NCBI GenBank assembly: GCA_963776245.1
Contig: CAVZLN010000003.1
Span: forward strand, 192,001-256,000
Direction of reading: 5' to 3'
DNA length: 64,000 nt
From: Candidatus Eiseniibacteriota bacterium
GTDB lineage: Bacteria > Eisenbacteria > RBG-16-71-46
The stretch's first letter is position 1. Each line of letters starts with the position of its first letter. The position numbers and the translations under genes are program-made. The notes beneath the pieces were generated by a model, which had not been told where the DNA came from, did not search any database, and saw only the letters and a list, made by a program, of their open reading frames with translations. This document shows positions 57,309 through 64,000 of this stretch, piece after piece.

Positions 57309-58885
57309 ATGCTGACTCGAGCGATGCGTCTCGCGCTGTGGACGCTTTCCGTGATGACGGCGCTGCTGTTCGTGGGCCTCGCGTTCCTGCGCATCCGCTA
57401 TCCGCTGGAGCTCGACTACATCGAGGGCGCGATGATGGACCACATCGTCCGCCTCGCGCAGGGCCGCCCGATCTACGTCGCCCCGACGCCTCGAGTTCGT
57501 CACGCTCGCCTACATGCCGTTCTACGCCACGGTGGTGTCGCTGCTGGCGCGCGTGTTCGGCCCGGGATTCTGGGAGCCGCGCCTGATCTCGTTCCTGTCC
57601 ATGTCGGGGGTCGCGACGCTGGTGGCCTCGCTGGTGCGCGCCGAGACCCGGTCCTGGACCCTCGGCGCGGCGGGGGCCGGGGTGCTGCTGATGTCCTTCG
57701 GCATCACCGGCGGGCACTTCGACGTCGGACGCCCCGACTCGTTCATGCTGCTGCTCTCGCTCTCCGGGCTCGCGGTGCTGCGGCACACCATCCGGGGTGC
57801 GCGGGGCGCTGGTCGCGGCCGCGCTGCTGACCGCCGGGTTCTTCACCAAGCAGCACTCGGTGTGGTTCTCGATCGCGGCGCTCGCTCATCTGGCGGTGAA
57901 CGACCGGCGCCGGCTGGCGCCCTTCGGGCTGGCCATCGTGGCCGGGTGCGCGGGCGGCTTCGCGCTGCTCACCGCGTGGCTCGGACCGTGGTTCCCGTAC
58001 TTCACGTGGGAGGTGCCGACCCACTGGTCCTCGATCGACAAGGTGCGCATCCTGCGCTACGCGGGCGGCGGACTGCTCGGCTCGTTCTCGCTCGTGAGCG
58101 TGCCCGCGTTCCTGTCCCTCGGGCTGCCCGACCGCCCGTGGCGCGGCCCGGCGGGGTTGTGGGCGTGGGCCGGGCTCGCCGGGATCGCCTCCGGCCTGAT
58201 GGCCACGCTCGACCCCGACGCGTTCCGCCACGTGCTGAATCCCACCGTGGTGGCGTTCTCGATCCTCGGCCCGCTGTCGCTCTGGCGGCTCGGCCGCGCG
58301 ATCGATCCGCCGTCGGCGGGCCGCGCGGGCGGCGCGCTCGCGGCCGTCTACCTGGTGCTGATGCTCGAGTGGGTGCCGCTCCAGTACACCGTGCGCGCCC
58401 ACCTGCCCCACCCGCGCGCCCACGCGGCGCTCGCCGAGCTGACGCAGCGCATCCGCTCCTACCCGGGGCGGGTGATGATGTTCTACCACGGCTGGTACAC
58501 GTGGCGGGCGGGCAAGGGCACGTTCGCCCAGCAGGTCGCGCTCGACGACATCGTCCGCGCGCGCCACAACGCGCTGCTGCGCCGCGACCCCGGCTTCATC
58601 GACCGCCTGTTCGCGCCGCTGATGAGCGGCCCGGACCGCCCGGTCATCATCACCGACGTGCCGCTCGAGAAGACCGGCATCGAGTCCCAGCCCTGGTGGG
58701 CGCAGGTCGCGAAGGGCTACCGGCTCGCCGATTCGCTCGGCGCGATCTCCGCCGCGCTGAATCCGGTCGACGGATTCCATTGGACCCCGAAGTACGTCTA
58801 CCTGCCGGTCGAGCCGGCCAGCGCCCCGGCGGACACGGGCGCGGCGCCGGGCGCGGGCCCCGGCGGGGACCGACCGCAGGACTGA
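57309..58885 (+). CDS. GT-C/ArnT-like membrane glycosyltransferase, two frameshifts (~57490, ~57800)
   Basis: RYPLELDYIEG..GRPIY; YMPFY, GRPDS; FFTKQ; many TM segments across three frames. Confidence 0.65.
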
Positions 58886-59011
58886 GCGCGCCGCGGCGGC
58901 GACCCCGGCCGTCCGCCCGCGGCTCCGGGTTGCCGCGACCCGGAGCCGCGTGCTATCCATCGTCCGCCCACCATCGGCCAGCCCACCCCGACGCACGAGG
59001 GAGCGATACGC

Positions 59012-59629
59012 ATGTTCTCGATCTTCCCCAAGACGGAGGACTTCTTCGCGCTGTTCCGCAAGCAGGCCGCACTGGTGAGGAAGGGCTGCGACCACCTGCA
59101 CGAGATGGTGGAGCACTATGATGAGCGCGACGAGCGCGCCCGCGGGATCAAGCAGATCGAGCACGAGGGCGACCTCGTCACCCACGAGATCTTCGAGCGC
59201 CTGAACCGCACCTTCATCACGCCGCTCGAGCGCGAGGACATCCACGACCTGGCGAGCGGGCTCGACGACGTGCTCGACGCGGTCGAGGCGCTCGCCAGCC
59301 GCTTCGTGCTCTACAGCATCGACCGGGTGACGCCCGAGGCCGCCCAGATGACCGTCATCCTGCAGCGCTGCGGCGTGCAGATCGAGCAGGCGGTGAACAA
59401 CCTCCAGGACCTCAAGAACCTGATGGGCTTCACCATCGAGATCAACCGGCTCGAGAACGAGGCCGACAACATCTCGCGCAACGTGGTCGCCGACCTGTTC
59501 GTGACCGGCAAGCACGACCTGCTCGACGTGATGCGCTGGAAGGAGCTCTACGGCCGCCTCGAGGGGGCCGCGGACCGCTGCGAGGACGTGGCCAACACGA
59601 TCGAGGCGATCGTGCTCAAGAACCGCTGA
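59012..59629 (+). CDS. DUF47 / PhoU-like phosphate transport regulator
   Basis: IEHEGD, FITPLEREDI, LENEAD, ADRCEDVA; directly upstream of Pit. Confidence 0.9.
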   Translation: MFSIFPKTEDFFALFRKQAALVRKGCDHLHEMVEHYDERDERARGIKQIEHEGDLVTHEIFERLNRTFITPLEREDIHDLASGLDDVLDAVEALASRFVLYSIDRVTPEAAQMTVILQRCGVQIEQAVNNLQDLKNLMGFTIEINRLENEADNISRNVVADLFVTGKHDLLDVMRWKELYGRLEGAADRCEDVANTIEAIVLKNR

Positions 59630-59631
59630 CC

Positions 59632-60639
59632 ATGTCCGAGCTCTGGCTCATCGGTTTCATCGTCGCCATCGCGCTGATCTTCGACTTCAGCAACGGCTTC
59701 CACGACGCGGCGAACTCCATCGCCACGGTGGTGAGCACGCGGGTGCTGTCGCCCCGCCAGGCGGTGGCGTGGGCCGCGTTCTTCAACTTCATCGCGTTCG
59801 CCGTGTTCGGCGTGCACGTCGCGAAGACCATCGCCAAGGGCATCGTGAATCCCACCTTCGTGACTCCGCAGGTGGTGCTCGCCGCGCTCGTGGGCGCGGT
59901 CGTCTGGAACCTGCTCACGTGGTGGTGGGGGCTGCCGACCTCGTCCTCGCACGCGCTCATCGGCGGGTTCGTGGGCGCCGCCCTGGTCTCGGCCGGACCG
60001 CGCGCCGTGCTGCTTCCGGGCCTCCTGCGCGTGGCGGCGTTCATCGTGGTCTCGCCGGTGCTCGGCCTGGTGCTCGGGTTCCTGTCGATGCTCGGGGTGC
60101 TGTGGATCTTCCGCCACGACAACCCGCAACACGTGGACACCACCTTCCGGCGGCTGCAGTTGGCGTCCGCCGCCGCGTTCAGCCTCGGACACGGTTCCAA
60201 CGACGCACAGAAGACCATGGGCATCATCACGGCGCTGCTCTATGCGACCGGACGACTGACCGGCGACTTCCACGTCCCCATGTGGGTGGTGCTCGCAGCG
60301 CACGGTGCGATGGGACTGGGCACGCTCTCGGGCGGCTGGCGCATCGTCCGCACCATGGGGATGCGCATCACCAAGCTCCAGCCGGTGGGTGGCTTCTGCG
60401 CCGAGACCGCCGGCGCGATCGCGCTGTTCGGCGCCAGCGCGGCCGGCATCCCGGTCTCCACCACCCACACCATCACCGGGGCCATCGTGGGCACGGGGGT
60501 GAGCGCCAAGCGCCGCATGAGCGCGGTCCGCTGGGGGGTGGCGGGCCGGATCGTGTGGGCGTGGATCCTCACCATGCCGCTCGCCGGCATCATCGCCGCG
60601 CTGTCCTGGTGGGCCCTTCACCCGCTGTTCCGCGGCTGA
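59632..60639 (+). CDS. pit: inorganic phosphate transporter (Pit family)
   Basis: NGFHDAANSIAT, PTSSSHALIG, HGSNDAQK, PVSTTH. Confidence 0.93.
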   Translation: MSELWLIGFIVAIALIFDFSNGFHDAANSIATVVSTRVLSPRQAVAWAAFFNFIAFAVFGVHVAKTIAKGIVNPTFVTPQVVLAALVGAVVWNLLTWWWGLPTSSSHALIGGFVGAALVSAGPRAVLLPGLLRVAAFIVVSPVLGLVLGFLSMLGVLWIFRHDNPQHVDTTFRRLQLASAAAFSLGHGSNDAQKTMGIITALLYATGRLTGDFHVPMWVVLAAHGAMGLGTLSGGWRIVRTMGMRITKLQPVGGFCAETAGAIALFGASAAGIPVSTTHTITGAIVGTGVSAKRRMSAVRWGVAGRIVWAWILTMPLAGIIAALSWWALHPLFRG

Positions 60640-60667
60640 CCCCGCTCGAACTTCCCCGGAGGCCCGG

Positions 60668-62206
60668 ATGATGTCCTCGCTCGACCCGCTCAAGGCGCGG
60701 CTGCTGGAGATCGTCGACCTGCAGGGCGCGGCGTCGCTGCTGCGCTGGGACCAGGCCACGTACATGCCCCCGGGCGGCGCGGCGGCACGCGGACGGCAGA
60801 CCGCGCTGCTCAGCCGCATCGCGCACGAGCGCTTCACCGATCCCGAGCTCGGCCGGCTGCTCGACGCGGCCGAGCGCGACGTGGCCGGGCTGCCGTTCGA
60901 GTCGGACGAGGCCGCGCTGGTGCGCGTGACGCGCCGGGACCGCGATCTGGCGGTGAAGCTGCCGTCCGCGTTCGTCGCGGAGCTCGACGAGCACTGTGCC
61001 CACACCTACCAGGTGTGGACCGCGGCCCGGCCGGCGGACGACTTCGCGCGGGTGCGGCCGCTGCTCGAGAAGACCCTCGAGCTGTCGCGCCGGATGGCCG
61101 GTTTCTTCCCCGGCTACCGCAGCATCGCCGACCCGCTGATCGCGTTCACCGACCGCGGCATGGAGGCCGCCACGGTGCGCGAGCTGTTCGCCGCGCTGCG
61201 CGCGCGGCTGGTGCCGCTGGTGCGCGCCATCACCGCGCGGCCGGCGGCCGACAGCGCGTGCCTGCGCCAGCACGCGCCCGAGGCCGACCAGCTCGCCTTC
61301 GGGCTCGAGGTCATCCGCCGCTACGGATTCGACTTCGAGCGCGGGCGGCAGGACAAGACCCACCACCCGTTCATGACCAAGTTCTCGCTCGGCGACGTGC
61401 GCATCACCACGCGCGTGCGCGAGGACGACCTCACCGACGCGCTGTTCAGCACGCTCCACGAGTGCGGACACGCGCTCTACGAGCAGGGCATCGAGCCCGC
61501 GTTCGAGGGCACGCCGCTCGCGAACGGCACCTCGTCCGGCGTGCACGAGAGCCAGTCGCGGCTGTGGGAGAACGTCGTGGGCCGCAGCCTCGGCTTCTGG
61601 CGCGGCATGTACCCCGCGCTCCAGCGCGCGTTCCCGTCCCAGCTCGGCCCCGTGCCGCTCGAGAGCTTCTACCGCGCCATCAACAAGGTCGAGCGTTCGC
61701 TCATCCGCACCGACGCCGACGAGGTGACCTACAACCTGCACGTGATGCTGCGCTTCGATCTCGAGCTCGACCTGCTCGAGGGGCGGCTCGCGGTGAAGGA
61801 CCTGCCGGAGGCGTGGCGCGCGCGGTTCCAGGCCGACTTCGGCATCCGGCCCCCCAACGACCGCGATGGCGCGCTGCAGGACGTGCACTGGTTCGCGGGG
61901 CCGATCGGCGGGCAGTTCCAGGGCTACACGCTCGGCAACATCCTGTCGGCGCAGTTCCACGCCGCCGCCGTGCGCGCGCTGCCCGGGATCCCCGCGGACA
62001 TCGAGCGCGGCGAGTTCGGCGCGCTCCACGGCTGGCTGCGCGAGCACGTCTATCGCCACGGCGCCCGCTTCACCGCCGACGAGTTGGTGCGCCGCGCCAC
62101 CGGCGGTCCGATGAGCATCGAGCCCTACCTCGACTACCTGTGGGGCAAGTACCAGCCGCTCTACGGGCTGCGCGACGACGAGCGCTCGGCGCCCGCGGCC
62201 GGCTGA
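60668..62206 (+). CDS. M32 carboxypeptidase (Taq-like)
   Basis: LRWDQ, HPF, DVRITTR, HECGHALYEQ, HESQSRLWE, IRTDADE, QDVHW. Confidence 0.93.
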   Translation: MMSSLDPLKARLLEIVDLQGAASLLRWDQATYMPPGGAAARGRQTALLSRIAHERFTDPELGRLLDAAERDVAGLPFESDEAALVRVTRRDRDLAVKLPSAFVAELDEHCAHTYQVWTAARPADDFARVRPLLEKTLELSRRMAGFFPGYRSIADPLIAFTDRGMEAATVRELFAALRARLVPLVRAITARPAADSACLRQHAPEADQLAFGLEVIRRYGFDFERGRQDKTHHPFMTKFSLGDVRITTRVREDDLTDALFSTLHECGHALYEQGIEPAFEGTPLANGTSSGVHESQSRLWENVVGRSLGFWRGMYPALQRAFPSQLGPVPLESFYRAINKVERSLIRTDADEVTYNLHVMLRFDLELDLLEGRLAVKDLPEAWRARFQADFGIRPPNDRDGALQDVHWFAGPIGGQFQGYTLGNILSAQFHAAAVRALPGIPADIERGEFGALHGWLREHVYRHGARFTADELVRRATGGPMSIEPYLDYLWGKYQPLYGLRDDERSAPAAG

Positions 62207-62306
62207 GCGCGCCCGCGCGCCGGTCCGGGCGCCAGGGCCGGGGCGATTCGTCGGCGCGCGCGCGCTGCGCTAGACTTGCGGGCGCTGATCCCACCCGGAG
62301 GCACTC

Positions 62307-63527
62307 ATGTCCGACCCGTCCCGGCTCTCCCGGCGCGCCCGGCAGATGCCGGCCTCACCCATCCGCCGACTGGCGCCCTTCGCCGTCGCGGCCCGCCAGG
62401 CGGGCAAGACCGTCTACCCGCTCAACATCGGCCAGCCCGACATCCCCACGCCGAAGGCCATCCTCGACCGCATCCGCGCCTTCGACGCGCCCAACGTCGC
62501 CTACGGCCCCTCGCAGGGACTGCCCGAGTTCGTCGAGGCGCTGCGCACCTATTACGCCGGCGTCGGGCTCGCGCTCGAGGCCCGCCAGATTTTCGTCACC
62601 ACCGCCGGCAGCGAGGCCATCCTGTTCACCCTCGGCGCGGTGTGCGACCCCGGCGAGCAGGTGCTGGTGTTCGAGCCGTTCTACACCAACTACAACGGTT
62701 TCGCCGCGATGATGGGAGTGGAGCTGGTGCCGGTCACCACCCGCGCCGAGGATGGCTACCATCTGCCGTCGCGCGCGGCCATCGAGGCCAAGCTCGGCCC
62801 GCGCGTGAAGGCGATGCTCATCTGCTCGCCCAACAACCCGACCGGCACGGTGTACACCGACGCCGAGATCGAGATGCTGGCGTCCATCTGCCGCCAGCGC
62901 GGGATCCATCTGATCGCGGACGAGGTCTACCGCGAGTTCGTGTACGACGGCCGCACCCACCGCTCGGTGCTCACGCTGCCCGGGATGGACGACCTGGTGG
63001 TGGTGGTGGACTCGGTTTCGAAGCGCTACTCGCTGTGCGGCGTGCGGGTGGGCAACATCGTCAGCCGCGACCCCGCGCTGATGGACGCGGTCCTGCGCTT
63101 CGGGCAGGCCCGCCTGTGTCCGCCCACGCTCGGCCAGTGGGCGTGCACCGCGCTCACCGAGGTGCCGCCCGACTACCTGCGCGGCGTGCTCACCGAGTAC
63201 CAGAAGCGCCGGGACGCGGTGTGCGACGCCCTCGCGAAGGTGCCGGGCGTGTTCGTGCGCAAGCCGGAGGGCGCGTTCTACATCTGCGCGCGCCTGCCGG
63301 TGGACGACTCGAACGCCTTCGCCGAGTACCTGCTGCGCGACTTCGCGCTCGACGGCGAGACCGTGATGCTCGCTCCCGCCGACGGCTTCTACGCCACGCC
63401 CGGCCTCGGGCGTGACGAGGTGCGCATCGCGTACGTGCTCGAGGAGCCCAAGCTGCGCCGCGCGATGGCGGTGCTCGCCGCGGCACTCGCGGCGTACCCG
63501 GGGCGAGTCGCGACCGCGAAGGCGTAG
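62307..63527 (+). CDS. PLP-dependent aminotransferase, class I/II
   Basis: LNIGQPD, SPNNPTG, ADEVY, DSVSKRYSLCGVRVG, PEGAFY. Confidence 0.92.
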   Translation: MSDPSRLSRRARQMPASPIRRLAPFAVAARQAGKTVYPLNIGQPDIPTPKAILDRIRAFDAPNVAYGPSQGLPEFVEALRTYYAGVGLALEARQIFVTTAGSEAILFTLGAVCDPGEQVLVFEPFYTNYNGFAAMMGVELVPVTTRAEDGYHLPSRAAIEAKLGPRVKAMLICSPNNPTGTVYTDAEIEMLASICRQRGIHLIADEVYREFVYDGRTHRSVLTLPGMDDLVVVVDSVSKRYSLCGVRVGNIVSRDPALMDAVLRFGQARLCPPTLGQWACTALTEVPPDYLRGVLTEYQKRRDAVCDALAKVPGVFVRKPEGAFYICARLPVDDSNAFAEYLLRDFALDGETVMLAPADGFYATPGLGRDEVRIAYVLEEPKLRRAMAVLAAALAAYPGRVATAKA

Positions 63528-63601
63528 ACCCGCTCCGCGCGGCGTGCGGCGGAGCGCGGCGCATTGGTGCCTCGCGGGCGATGCCGTACCCTGCGCGACC
63601 C

Positions 63602-64000
63602 ATGCCCGCCGACGATCGTTCCCCCGTCACCACGCGCACCGTGTTCGCCACCTGGTGGCCGCTGGCGGCGTCGTGGCTCCTCATGGGGCTCGAGCTGCCG
63701 ATGGTGAGCGCCGTGATCGCGCGCCTGCCCGACCCCAAGGTGCATCTCGCCGCCTACGGGGGCGTGGTGTTCCCGGTGGCGCTGCTGATCGAGTCGCCGG
63801 TCATCATGCTGCTGTCCGCGTCCACCGCGCTGTCCCGCGACGCCGCGTCCTACCGGCTGGTGCGCCGCTTCATGCTCGGGCTCGGCGGCACGTTCGTGGC
63901 CCTGCACGCGCTGGTGGCGTTCTCCCCGCTCTACGACCTGCTGGCGGGCACCGTGCTCGGCGTGCCCGAGGAGGTGCGCGAGCCGGCGCGGCTCGGCCTG
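63602..64000 (+). CDS. MATE/ANKH-like membrane protein (runs off the window)
   Basis: Translated by hand: MPADDRSPVTTRTVFATWWPLAASWLLMGLELPMVSAVIARLPDPKVHLAAYGGVVFPVALLIESPVIMLL. Confidence 0.65.
   Translation, partial: MPADDRSPVTTRTVFATWWPLAASWLLMGLELPMVSAVIARLPDPKVHLAAYGGVVFPVALLIESPVIMLLSASTALSRDAASYRLVRRFMLGLGGTFVALHALVAFSPLYDLLAGTVLGVPEEVREPARLGL

Overview
A very GC-rich, gene-dense bacterial chromosomal segment, probably from a diderm: it has an outer-membrane-type protein and many signal-peptide proteins. Gene style suggests a Ca. Eisenbacteria-like lineage, but that is only an impression. I saw no rRNA, tRNA, CRISPR array or transposase. Contents from left to right: (1) housekeeping genes tmk, ino1 plus a CDP-alcohol phosphatidyltransferase, rsmI, ltaE, a YugP-like peptidase, HU, ilvC, TPR and HD proteins, and priA; (2) a c-di-GMP/two-component operon (REC-GGDEF, two GAF-HisKA-HATPase-GAF-HD-GYP fusions, a single REC) behind a sigma28-like promoter; (3) tsaD, cutA, a methyltransferase, small secreted proteins, an esterase, an ABC exporter, tyrA and rsgA; (4) an arginine/ornithine cluster (putative arginine synthetase ArcE-like, rocD, argF); (5) a metal-uptake operon (outer-membrane protein, ZnuA-like, ZnuB-like) led by a signal-peptide/CxxC/RAPP leader ORF and divergent from a group 3b [NiFe]-hydrogenase operon; (6) MFS, cyclophilin, lhgO, a glutamate dehydrogenase followed by two PEP/pyruvate-binding-domain proteins (one fused to a nucleotidyltransferase), DUF47-Pit, an M32 carboxypeptidase and an aminotransferase. 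Many genes at 31.5-40.3 kb and one at 57.3-57.8 kb are broken by indels or in-frame TAGs, most likely sequence errors. The best candidates for undescribed systems are the GDH + PPDK_N/NTase module, the RAPP-leader metal operon, and the paired kinase-HD-GYP fusions.
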